A stretch of DNA of 64,000 bases from Carpediemonas membranifera BICM. Taxonomy: Eukaryota; Protista; Fornicata. Below the pieces are notes generated by a model. That model searched no databases. It was not told the origin of the DNA and saw only the letters and a list, made by a program, of their open reading frames with translations. This document shows positions 42,804 through 53,094 of the stretch, piece after piece (position 1 is the first letter of the stretch; each line of letters starts with the position of its first letter). A program made the translations under genes and the position numbers. The DNA lies in NCBI GenBank assembly GCA_019828565.1, contig JAHDYR010000005.1:1677308-1741307 (forward strand). The letters run 5' to 3'.

Positions 42804-43592
42804 TTACATGTTCCACAGCTTCTTAATGACTAGGAGTACGAGCACAACCATCGCGCCTATGCTAGCTATGCCGGCGTACTGCACCATCCGTGTGGTGGTA
42901 GGCATGAAGTAGCTGACAGTCATTGGTGCCAGGCTGTTGCCGTTGGTGAGCTCGTCGACACGCACAGTCATACGGGGCCGCGGTCTCCAGTCCATGAAGG
43001 CCGGCACCGAGTCGTGTGACTTCGGGGCTCTGCCGATGGCCTCGGGGAAGTCGATAGCCGTGCGGCTGGACCCCTGAGGGAAGGTTACATGGCTCACGAG
43101 ATGTTTGTAGTGGATCTCTGGCACCACCTTGTCCACTACAGTTGCCTGCATGGCGTGGTTAGGGCCGGATGTGGCCAGGAGATGTCCGGGCATTTCATAG
43201 GTGATGTTGAGGTCAGTCTTCCAGCCGCCCATCAAGGGATAGCGGAAGAGGACGGAGACCTCGACAGCCTGCTCACCGTGGGCCCTGACGGAGCTTGAGG
43301 TGATGTTCCCAATGCGATCGAAGTACTTGATGTTGGAGACGCCCATGGGGAGGATCAGCGTCATTCCTGGTATCGACTTCTGTTGCTCATCATAGCTCAT
43401 AGAGTAATCAAGACGTGAGAAGGGCGTTTCAGACTCCGGGGCATCGTTGCGGAGCTTGTAGTGGCTGTTGACGAGCACACGGCCAGAGGGAGTAACCGAG
43501 ACAGTCTTTTCGTAGTAATCAGCAACTAGAGGTGGAATAGCAATGACGTAGCACACCAGAAGGGCTACCAGAAAAAAGGTCTTTCCGCTCAT
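42804..43592 (-). CDS. RPN1: Short ribophorin I (OST1)-like protein
   Basis: Signal peptide, FSRLDY, YFDRIGNITSS, RYPLMGGWKT and a C-terminal TM helix. Confidence 0.82.
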   Translation of the reverse strand: MSGKTFFLVALLVCYVIAIPPLVADYYEKTVSVTPSGRVLVNSHYKLRNDAPESETPFSRLDYSMSYDEQQKSIPGMTLILPMGVSNIKYFDRIGNITSSSVRAHGEQAVEVSVLFRYPLMGGWKTDLNITYEMPGHLLATSGPNHAMQATVVDKVVPEIHYKHLVSHVTFPQGSSRTAIDFPEAIGRAPKSHDSVPAFMDWRPRPRMTVRVDELTNGNSLAPMTVSYFMPTTTRMVQYAGIASIGAMVVLVLLVIKKLWNM

Positions 43593-43924
43593 GCTCGAAG
43601 TCGTCTTTGTCACATCAAATTGAGTTTGATGACTCAAGACAGCGCTACTGCACCACAAACGAGTCGACCGCCTGACATGGGCAAGAGCCCAACTCAATGC
43701 GTCGCTTGAGCTCTTCTCCAAAGGGTCAAGTCAGCTCCATGGAAAAGGGAGCAATGCCAGCGGCACGTCCACATCACTTCGGCCCAGGCCCGGCCCTGAT
43801 TAGCGAGTCTGCCGTGGTAAAAATTTTCATATTCTGCGAATTTTCTCAGCTGGATTCTCGAGTGCTTTGCTCGCGATTGCCGCAATTAACACCACTTGTC
43901 CTCATCAGTACGTGAAGAAGAACT

Positions 43925-44902
43925 ATGGACAAAATGGATAACCCGTTTTTGCGGAACAAGCAATTCAAGCCGATCTCAATTGGCGACAATTATCCTAATG
44001 ACACTTTCAGTGCCCCTCCACCCCAGTTTAACTTCTCCATTGCTGAGAATGAACCGAATGATGGCTATGTGCCAGCGCCTCAGTTAAACCTCGCATCTCC
44101 CAGGAAGGGACAAGCCATGTTCACCAGAGCCGAGTCCGGGAACGAGCTCAAGCGTGCCCGCAATCTCTCCACACAGGCCTCAGGCGTGAATGAGATGGCC
44201 AGCACCTTCCTTTCCCCCAGCCGTATGGACGAGTCGAATGGAGGGGCCAAGCCTCTGCTTGATGTTCTGCCTCCGAAGCATGCATTCCTCGACACTGTGT
44301 GGCGGGTCACCCCCGACATAGTGGCCCGGCTGATCAATGCGGGCCTGCACTTGACTGACGGCTTCGACATCATTGACTGCCGCAACGACTATGAGTATGA
44401 TGGCGGACACATCATTGGAGCAATCCCGTGCCCGACGCTGGGTCACGCGATCGAGACGCTCTTCCCCGATGGCCAGAGGTGCACCCCCTCTAACCGCTGC
44501 ATCATCCTCCACTGTGAGTTCTCCGAGGTCCGGGCCCCCCGGAGATTCCAAGAGTTGTGCACTCACGATCAGCAGGTGGCGGCCTCATCATTTGATGACG
44601 ACATCACCTGCTACTACCCCCAGATGTACGTGCTCGACGGCGGGTACTCCCAGTTCCACCGCCGCTTCCCCCGACTGTGCCAGGGGGGTTACGTCCCTTG
44701 CTCGGACAGGGACAACGAGGCCACCCTCCGCACCTCTCGGTCTGCCTCCACGACGTTTAGACTCGACCTCGAGTGCCTAGGCCGCCCCCCCAGCCGGGGC
44801 GACTCACGTCCAGCCAGCCGGCGGGCCAGTGGTGCCGCCACTCCAAGATTGTCCATCGACTTTGATGGCCAGCGTTCGAGCACAACGATGTTCCACTTTT
44901 AA
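43925..44902 (+). CDS. CDC25: Cdc25 M-phase inducer phosphatase
   Basis: IIDCR..YEYDGGHI.GA, catalytic HCEFSEVRAP and YPQMYVLDGGY. Confidence 0.92.
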   Translation: MDKMDNPFLRNKQFKPISIGDNYPNDTFSAPPPQFNFSIAENEPNDGYVPAPQLNLASPRKGQAMFTRAESGNELKRARNLSTQASGVNEMASTFLSPSRMDESNGGAKPLLDVLPPKHAFLDTVWRVTPDIVARLINAGLHLTDGFDIIDCRNDYEYDGGHIIGAIPCPTLGHAIETLFPDGQRCTPSNRCIILHCEFSEVRAPRRFQELCTHDQQVAASSFDDDITCYYPQMYVLDGGYSQFHRRFPRLCQGGYVPCSDRDNEATLRTSRSASTTFRLDLECLGRPPSRGDSRPASRRASGAATPRLSIDFDGQRSSTTMFHF

Positions 44903-45031
44903 TCATGATAATAATCGGGGTTTATGGGAGGTGTTGGACACCACCCATACCCAGGGAAGCTGTAGGCATAAAGATAGCAGGTCATGAGGCTGTCTCGTTG
45001 ACACCCTGCACATGTTTCGATTTTTATACAG

Positions 45032-45640
45032 CTAGCTCTTCTGCGTGAACACCTGCGTAGTGACACCGCCCTTGACCCGACTGAATCGGATTTCCCTCGT
45101 GGTGCTTGCATCAATCCGATAAGTAAAGGCATCTGAGAACATCACCTCTAGCTCAACGTTCTGATTCTCCTTATATGCATTCTTGAGGTGAGTTACGATC
45201 TCTACCTTCTTGGAAGAGATCATTAGATAGTCGTATTCGGTCGGGATGTTAATGGCAAAGAAGTTGTCAGTCATCGTAGACAGCGAGATTCTCCCTATGA
45301 TCTGGAGTGGAATGCGGCGCTTGCACTTGAGGTGGGGGTCGAGGTTGTACATTGCCTGGTCGGTGATGAGTAGGACCCTCTTTTGCATCTTGTGCCGCCT
45401 GTTCACCTTGATCACATGGTCGGCGAATAATATCTGGCTATCGCCGTGCTTTGTAATTAGACGAAGAATCTGTGGGTTTGTAGACATCCCCAGGTAGTCT
45501 CCGAGGAAGATCTTGAGAGCACTGCTCTTTCTGCGCGCCTTCTTGCCTTCGAACCGCTCAATCGCATCCTGCCCGTTATTAATCTCTGGAGATGCTGCCA
45601 TGTTGTCCGACATGAACTCAGGAACGTCTTCAGGATCCAT
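45032..45640 (-). CDS. Stand-alone myosin-I tail homology 1 (TH1) domain protein
   Basis: RRKSS...FLGDYL, LFADHVIKVNR, RVLLITD, KRRIPL, SLST..DNFF and EYDYL. No motor domain. Confidence 0.8.
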   Translation of the reverse strand: MDPEDVPEFMSDNMAASPEINNGQDAIERFEGKKARRKSSALKIFLGDYLGMSTNPQILRLITKHGDSQILFADHVIKVNRRHKMQKRVLLITDQAMYNLDPHLKCKRRIPLQIIGRISLSTMTDNFFAINIPTEYDYLMISSKKVEIVTHLKNAYKENQNVELEVMFSDAFTYRIDASTTREIRFSRVKGGVTTQVFTQKS

Positions 45641-45790
45641 ACAGAGCTACTGGAACGTTGTTTGAGCAGGTTAAGGGAAAGGCGGGTTTGAAGGCTAGGG
45701 ACGGCTCGGGCGACTGGCGAGGTGCTACTCATCATGCATAGGGCCCGATCGGACGCTTGCCGCCTTTTGACATAATCTGCGACACACCAC

Positions 45791-46807
45791 ATGTCCAAGC
45801 GAAGTGCGTCAAAGCTTGATAGTTTAGACGATGTAAGAGCCTTAAGAGAGGCATTGATAGAACTTGGGAACATCTGGGCCGATTTTGAGTCCGAGAGTAA
45901 CTTATTGATGATTGTTGACTACGTCAAGCATCTTTCGACCAGGAATTTCCGTGCAGGTTCTGTAATTGAGGCGCTATCGAATGTAGCACAGATGATTGCC
46001 GAAATTCGCGGGTTTCCAGACCAGGCATGCGAGGCCAAGACCCTGTTGAAAGCTTTCAACGCTGCGTTGGAGCGTGCGCCGAAAGAGTTCGATCCCATCC
46101 CCCAGATCGGAGTCCCGCCGCCAGGGTCAGGGAATGGCGCGATCCAGGCGTGTCGAATTCTCACAGATCCGACCCTGGGAGGCCCTCTGCCGTTTCGCCC
46201 TTCATTTGCCCTCCAGACGCTCCAGACATTGTTCACAATCCCAGCATCAATCGTGGCAGCGACAGAGATGGTAGCCTTCACCGTCCCCCGGCTGACGGAC
46301 ATCCAGCTTGCTGCTGGGGTCCCTCCTCTGGTTGACCCTGAGTGGATCCTGGTACGAGCGCAGGAGCGGCCTTCTGTGTTCAGGAACAGAGCACTGGATA
46401 CGGTGCCTGTCATGCAGGTACAGTATCCCCACGGTTGGGACGAGACGATGAAGTCGTACAAGGTGGCCAACGATCGTATTCTGCCAACACTGTCTCCCGA
46501 TCGAGCAGTTTACTACTATTTCAAGGTCGGGGAGCCTTGTCTTGCCTTGTTCCCAGACACCTCATCCTTCTACAAGGCAACCATAGTCGAGGAGGCGGGC
46601 TTTGACAACAAATGGTGCTACAGTGTGGCGTTTGAGGACGACGTGATCGAGCACAGGCCTATATACTCCCGGTTCGTCGTCCCGCTGCTTATAGAGGTCG
46701 ATGGGACGTTTGTGCTGTCATCCGAGTACCCGGCCGATGAGCCCGGGCCCAGCCTGGACGAGGTGAAGGCAAGAATGACTGCTGCCGGACTATCCACAGA
46801 GCCATGA
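45791..46807 (+). CDS. SGF29: SAGA-associated factor SGF29-like tandem Tudor protein
   Basis: FKVGEPCLALFPDTSSFYKA...FEDD...RFVV. Confidence 0.8.
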   Translation: MSKRSASKLDSLDDVRALREALIELGNIWADFESESNLLMIVDYVKHLSTRNFRAGSVIEALSNVAQMIAEIRGFPDQACEAKTLLKAFNAALERAPKEFDPIPQIGVPPPGSGNGAIQACRILTDPTLGGPLPFRPSFALQTLQTLFTIPASIVAATEMVAFTVPRLTDIQLAAGVPPLVDPEWILVRAQERPSVFRNRALDTVPVMQVQYPHGWDETMKSYKVANDRILPTLSPDRAVYYYFKVGEPCLALFPDTSSFYKATIVEEAGFDNKWCYSVAFEDDVIEHRPIYSRFVVPLLIEVDGTFVLSSEYPADEPGPSLDEVKARMTAAGLSTEP

Positions 46808-46858
46808 TACATGACCAACTGTACAACCATAAACAACAAGGCGCCTATTATGACCAGT

Positions 46859-47789
46859 TTACTTTGAGTCCACGATCTTGACCTCGAATACGAGGTTGGC
46901 ATTGGGCGGGATGACCGGGGGAGCGCCCTGCTTCCCGTAACCCAGAGGCGACGGGATGATGATGGTACGCTTGCCGCCAACACGCATGCCAACAATACCC
47001 TGCTCGATGCCGTCGATGACCATTTCCCGACCGAGCTTGAACTTCATCGGCGAGCCCTTGTTGGACCTGTCGAACTCCTTGTTGTTCTTAGCAAGACGGC
47101 CAACGTACTCAATGGACACCTTCGACCGGGGCCCGACAGTGGCGCCGGTTCCAACAACGTCGTCCTTGTAGCGGAGGCCGTTGGGGCCCTCGGCGATGCC
47201 GTCCTTGCCGTCTTCGTGTCTAGCCTTCTTCTCAGCCTTGGTGGGGGCGGCCTGGCGCTTGCCGGGGGCCACTTCCTCTTCCTCCTCAGATTCCTCAGAC
47301 TCTTCGGAGTCATCCTGGCTGTCCTCCTCGTAGGTGGAGTCATCGGCCGAGTCATCCTCCTCCTCTTCCTCCCTCATCTTCTCAAGCTCCTCCTTCGTGG
47401 GGGCGACGACGTTGACCAGACGAGTCGTGTGGATGTTGTTGTGCATGAAGAAAACTAGCTCCACGGGGTGGGGGCTGTTGTTGCTGAAGCTGGTGTTCTC
47501 GCCCAGTGAGTAGATGTCTTCGGGCTCGAGCTTCATCATGGGATAGACAACTTCTTCACGGCCGGGATACAGATAAGCAATGGGAACAGTCACATTATCC
47601 ACATTGGTCATGGAAACGATGACGGGGTTGATATCATCGGACGTAGTGGTGGAGGAGATGCCAATGGAGGTCAGACCAGCATCATACTCGGTCATGTTGG
47701 GATCAAAGGTGGCAGAGCCATTAGCTGGATAAAAGGAAAGTTGGTAACAAACCGGGGACACGGAGAATGTACAAGGCTTGGTAAGTCAT
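46859..47789 (-). CDS. Nucleoplasmin-like/acidic FKBP prolyl isomerase (Fpr3/FKBP53-like); intron 47725-47752
   Basis: C-terminal FKBP domain (YVGRL, FD, GMRVGGKR, IPPNANLVFEV) and an acidic tract. A 28-nt GTTTGT...CCAG intron joins MTYQALYILRVP to ANGSATF. Confidence 0.88.
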
Positions 47790-48233
47790 CGGTATTTCTT
47801 TGGGGGATGGGTAAACTGCGAAACGACTCTGAGGTCTCGATACAAGAGTCTGTTTTACTGCTTGCACTGTGCACTCTATGATACTTCATTACCCCTTCCC
47901 GCTCTCCCTTCCTTCTTCTTGAGAGTGATATTTCGATAGTCATCATCGTCGGGGGTCATCAATCAGTGCTTCTCCAGTCCTCTCGCCATGCAACTAGCTT
48001 CCCACCTATCGTCTACCCCATCTTACTTCCATCCGCTCTCTTCTGCTTGTCGGATTTCGGGGTCTTGATCATGACGTCTTTGCAATCATCACCATGGCCT
48101 TCCATCGCACAGCGGGCTCTTCTATGCCGCTGCCTGAAGATAAAACACTTCAGTTCTTCTAATTCTCGCCATTATCACTGCATAGTCTCGTTCATTAAAC
48201 GTCTGTCGTCTTTGATGTCTTGTTAACAAGTGA

Positions 48234-49421
48234 TCGGTTCATTCACCGCAAAACGCTCTGGGAGAGCTCACGGATATGGTTGCGGCATTCAACCCCGCCC
48301 ATCCACCTCTTCCGGGTGACAAGCCGCTGGCTGGCCCCAAGCTTGTTCCGATGGCTCCGGTCCGCCCCGGGTTCATGCACGTTCCCTGTTCTCTCAACGT
48401 GCTGAACCCGGCTTGGCTTGCCCAACTTGGGGTCGACCCGGAGCATCACGCCACTGAGCGCATGACGCGAGAGCAGCTGGAGGCTCTTCCTCCGAACATC
48501 CGTCGGGTGCTGTCTGTCAAGACAGATGGGGTCGCCGTGGACCTCACGGTCCAAGTTGGTGCTCTGCCATACGTCAGCAGACGTGCCAGTGGCAACCCGA
48601 CGATGAAGCGAAAGGCTCGGGAGCGTCTGGGTGTGGATGACGCAGATGCTCGCCCCGCGCCAGACCCCGATGCCCAGGTCATGGGTTTCGACCCGGGTGC
48701 TCGGGCTCTGGGTGGATTCTTCATCCGCCACCCAGATGGCACCACCAGCTCCGGTGTGGTCCCGAAGTGTGGGTACACCAAGACCCCCAGCTTCGCGTTC
48801 GATATGACTCCTGCGTCATTCAAAAGTACAAATCTAGATAGTCTACAAAACTCGATTAGGTTTGTGCTCCTCCACGAGCAGGAAATATTCGACGCTGGGA
48901 TGGTCAAGAGCTTCCGCAGAGTGCGCCTGACGAACCACATCTTGCGCCAAAAGCACTTCCACAGAGCTGGGGAGCAGCTTGCTCGCACCCTAGGCTGGAC
49001 TCCTCGGCGACTCCCTCGCGGTATTGCCCCTCCCCGGGCAGCCCCCACCAGGCTGGTTGTCTTCTACGGAAGCGCTAGATTCAAGACGCCCCGTCGGGTG
49101 CATCCATGCGCGCCGTATGGTCGCTTTGCTACCTTACTAACACACATCATGAGAGCTTTCAACATCACTGCTGAAGTGCGGATGACTAACGAGTTCCGAA
49201 CCTCACTCGTCTGCCCCTTCTGCCGCGCGAGGTTCCGTAGAACTCGCTACACGAGGCGCACGATGCGATGCCACAACCCGAATTGACAAGGTGCTCCATG
49301 GTACAGACAGCAACGCCTCAATTCCGATCCTACTACATCCACTTGGCTCAATCTCTCCCACAGAGACAAGACTGCTGCACAGAACATCTTGGATTGCGGC
49401 CTCATGACTTGTGGTTTTTAG
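48234..49421 (+). pseudogene. Fanzor1 (eukaryotic TnpB-like RNA-guided nuclease) copy 1: 5'-truncated, in-frame TGA at 49284
   Basis: VKTDGVAV, RuvC-I GFDPG, VVFYGSARF, RuvC-II NEFRTS and CPFC...CHNPN*. Past the TGA the frame continues QGAPW...HRDKTAAQNIL (RuvC-III) to TAG at 49421. Confidence 0.88.
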
Positions 49422-49457
49422 AGGTTTATGTGGAGGATTCATGTAAAGGTGACTTAG

Positions 49458-50138
49458 GCTGTCGACCCCCCTGGGATGAACTCCAGAGGACTGAACAGGT
49501 TCAGTCTGACGGCCCACCTGTCGTACACCAGAAGGGTAGCGGACATGAGGGCGTCCTCGATGGTAAGAGCGACGGTTCTGGGCGGGATCTTGGTTCTCGC
49601 TCCAGCAGAAGAAGTTCCTTTCAGGCCCTGTCTGGGAGGTCGAACGCTGCTGCCTTCTTTCGCGTCTGTGCTCGTCTGTTACGCGCTCATCTGTCGTCCA
49701 TTGCCGGCGTCTGAAGCTCATGTCGTCGTCGGTTCCGCCGGCACTCCCTCCTGTGCTCCGTACCGCCACTTTGCTCGAGCTCTCCCTGGCATCATGTTCC
49801 GGCACAACGTAGTCGTGAGTGTCACGATGGTCTCCGAATTCCGCACTTCCATCGTGTGCCCATACTGCAAAGCACACTTCAGACGTGTGGTGCACACACA
49901 CCGCACCATGCTCTGCCAGAATCCCGCGTGCGAGGGAGCTCCATGGCGCGTTGAACGGCTACGTCGGCATCCCGAGCAGAGAGACATACTTCTCAATCTC
50001 TCTCGCCGAGATAAGAGCGCCAGCGAGAACATCCTTTGGTGCACCTTCGATGCAACTTCAGATCAGATAGAGCAATCTCCTTTCCACTACGACTACGACG
50101 AGGTGCTCTTCCTCGCTATCATTAACTTGCTAAGTTGA
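49458..50138 (+). pseudogene. Fanzor1 copy 2 (degenerate RuvC half, tandem to copy 1)
   Basis: Degenerate AVDPPG, then CAPY, SEFRTSIVCPYC, CQNPAC and RRDKSASENIL. Colinear with the C-terminal half of copy 1. Confidence 0.82.
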
Positions 50139-50369
50139 GCAAACACGCGCTGCAGCGCGCGTGATATGCAGCGCACGATTGATAGAGTATGATGAACCAC
50201 ACTGCGATCCTGATGCTGCTTGGATCACTGTGTGTTTTGGACTCAACAATTCTAATCCTGCGCAGCACATCACTGAAGTCTGGAAACAAGTGTGAAGTGT
50301 TTAAGGGGTATACCTCCTACGCGGTGATAATGGCTCTAACTGCGTCTACATAGTCATGTAAATACCACA

Positions 50370-50384
50370 CTACCCCTCCTCCAT
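50370..50384 (-). other. Candidate polypurine tract of the Gypsy element, abutting a TG-initiated putative 3' LTR that starts at 50369 and runs leftwards
   Basis: The minus strand reads ATGGAGGAGGGGTAG|TGTGGTATT directly downstream of the pol ORF. The far end of the LTR cannot be determined. Confidence 0.55.
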
Positions 50385-50397
50385 CAGAGCCATGCTT

Positions 50398-52652
50398 CTA
50401 TTTCCGACTCTGACCGACTTTGCGCAAATGCTCGTCAACGCACTTTGCAAGTTGGCTATGGTCCTCCATGTACTTCAATAACACGATGTTGGACCGCATG
50501 TCTTCGTCTGTTGCCACTCTCCAGGTGTCTTCGCTGGCTTCGAATCCCAGCTGTGCCGAATCAAGGCAAGAACTGGTGAAGTGGTTTAAACTGACAAAAC
50601 TCACTGGAGCAACGAGACAGGAAACGCCACATCCTGCCCCTCCTCAAGATCCTTGAGGATTAGCTTGCCCTTGGGGTGGTTGGCCAGACTGGCCATCGGC
50701 TCCTCGGTGGCCTCCGAGGCCGGGAAGCCATCCCATTCGATCAGAAATGTGTGAGCGTCTCTGTCGCAAGACAGGATGCGGGATGGGAGGAACTCCTCCC
50801 GATCACCGACGGCAAACGTTCGCATCTGCTCAAGCGTGGCGTCGGCGTCAAAGAGAAAGAGCTTGTCCTGATGGACAGTGCGCTCCGACAAATCGACAAG
50901 ATGCTGAATGGTGACAGCCTTGTTTTCCCCTATGCTGACCACCTTAAAGGGGCCAATGGCACCGTGGAGCTTGGTCTCTCTCTCGTTGGCTAGGAGGACG
51001 AAGTCGCCCGCTTTGAACTGCGCTGTGACAGCGGATCTTGACCTGATGATGCGCTCCTGCTTCGCCACCGCCTTCGCGCGCAGCCCGTCAAGGTACGACT
51101 GAAGGTCGAACATGTAGTCGTCCAGAGAAGCCAGTGGCTCGGTCTCGGCCCTGTCAGCCGGCTCGTGTACAAACGTGAGGCCGGAGGGGTAGCCGAAGAG
51201 GAGTTGGTGCGGGGTGAACCCCGTTGCGGAGTGACGAGAGTGATTGATGACATGTTGCACGTACGGCACCAGCGGGGACCAGTTGCTGTGTGTGTTAAAC
51301 TTCGCGCAAAGGAGGCGGAGATGCCGTTTGATCTCGTAATTCACGCGCTCTACGATCCCGTTCGACGCCGGGTGGTACGGCAGAGTGCGGTGGTGTGTAA
51401 CGTTGAGGCGTCTGAGGAGGGCATTGAGGACCCTGTTCACAAACTCCGGGCCATTGTCAGTCCGAATTGTGGTTGGTAGGCCATGTCTGCCCATGATGGC
51501 GGTCCAAATTGCCCCTGCGACGGAGTCCGCGGTGTGGTTGGGCATGGGTACAAGCTCCACATAACGCGTGAATGCGTCAATGATGACCAGGATAAACCTG
51601 TTGCCCCATGCGTCTGTATGAAGGGGGCCGACTGTGTCGACCGAGACGGTGTCAAACGGTGTGTGTACCATGGTGGACGCGAGAGCCGACTCTCTGAAAC
51701 GGGCGAGTCGCGCCTTCTGGCACAGGGCACACTTGCTCACGTAAGAACGACAGTCGTCGATGACGGCTGGCCAGGTGAAACCCATCGCGCGTAGGTTAGC
51801 GGCTGTGTTGACGGCGCCGGCGTGGTAGCGGTGGGCCTCGGCGATGAGCTTCGCCTTCAAGTCGGTAGCTCCCTCGGGGATAACGGCGACCCCATCGTGA
51901 ACGTGGAGACCGTCGGCGTCAGTGGGCAGGCGCGAAACCGAGGGGTCGGCGGCCTGAGCTGCTCGCACCTCCGTGGACAGGTTGACGGCCGCAACCACGG
52001 GTGGCCGCGACAAACTGTCGGCAACGACATTGTCTGCGCCCTTGACATGCTCGATGGAGTAGGGGTACTCCGCTAGTATCGTTCGCCAACGAGTGAGCTT
52101 CCGATTGCCTTCCTCGCTCTTGATGACCATAGTGACGAGGTTCTTGTGATCCGTGCGGATGAGGAAAGGTTTGAGCTTCAACAGAGGAGCTAAATCTGCC
52201 CGGGTAACACAATGTATGATCCCGTATAGCTCCTGGTCCACAGTGGCCCATCTGCGCTGGGTTTCTGTGAACTTGTGCCCGAAAAAGGAGATGGGGAGTC
52301 GCGACTCGTCATCGGAGACCTGCCATAACACACCGCCGCAGGCAACGTCGGAGGCATCCGTCTCCAGGACCCAGGTCTTAGAGACGTCCGGCAGAGCCAG
52401 AATGGTGTCGGCAGTCGCGCGGCGCTTCAGTTCAGCGTAGGCCGCATCGTGAACCTCCCCCCACTGCGTGGTGATGTCTGCCTCGGGGCGGAGTAGTTGG
52501 TGGAGCGGCTCGGCGGCCTCGCTCAGCCCATCGATGAAGCGGGCCAGGAAGTTAAACTTGCCGAGAACTCGGCGAAGCTCCTTGATGGTCGTGGGCCGTG
52601 GCATATCGAGCAGGGCCTGCTTACGGCTCTCGGAAACACGATGGCCATCGCG
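50398..52652 (-). mobile_element. Ty3/Gypsy chromovirus-type LTR retrotransposon pol, 3' part (RT thumb, RNase H, integrase, chromodomain)
   Basis: ELRRVLGKFNFLARFI, RNase H ETDASD...ELYGI...TDHKNL...ADSLSR, integrase HHCC and D-D35-E core (VSVD, TDNG, IVER), chromodomain FLIEWDGF..SEATEEP. A second decayed chromodomain fragment lies at 50398-50604. The ORF is cut off exactly at the TIR at 52653. Confidence 0.93.
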
Positions 52653-52702
52653 CATACTGTAAGAATGGCTAGAGTCTCCCGGGAGATACTCTGGAGATAC
52701 TC
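52653..52702 (+). repeat. Left terminal inverted repeat (50 bp)
   Basis: CATACTGTAAGAATGGCTAGAGTCTCCCGGGAGATACTCTGGAGATACTC matches the reverse complement of 63951-64000 at 49/50 positions. Confidence 0.97.
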
Positions 52703-52987
52703 ATGTGTCAACGCTGGTCAAACCTCGCGATCCAGGCGATCTCAGACACCTCCAGAACATCTAGAAGGTAGTTATAGAAGCATAAAAGACATGTCTGGCG
52801 TCTTGAAGTATCACATGGTGTCAGTGTTGATAAAAGAGGATAACGCATTTTATGTTGTAAATGTGAAGTGCTCGTTCGAACATGGGATCTTAACAGCGGT
52901 GTTTTATAGCTAATAGCAATGCCCTCTGAAGTTTTCAGCCTCCAGTATCTTCTACTTCCGTATGAATTAATGATTGAATCAGAGATT

Positions 52988-53094
52988 GAGAAAATGAAGA
53001 CTTCCCCACAAAAACCAAACATGGGGGGATAATCCATGGGGGTCAAGTACTATCCGTACATACTCAGGTTCTGTGGGGAAGTCTTCATTTTCTC
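52988..53094. repeat. Perfect 23-bp inverted repeat (hairpin/MITE-like) in the left subterminal region
   Basis: GAGAAAATGAAGACTTCCCCACA (52988-53010) is the reverse complement of 53072-53094, with a 61-nt loop. Confidence 0.92.

Noticed and set aside
49284-49286. Selenocysteine or readthrough TGA at a Fanzor zinc-finger Cys
   Set aside because: A single TGY>TGA change explains it. The gene is also 5'-truncated and no SECIS element could be identified.
48234-52652. Fanzor carried as cargo of the Gypsy or TIR element
   Set aside because: The Fanzor copies lie outside the TIRs and beyond the Gypsy PPT/LTR start. Proximity is explained by TE clustering.
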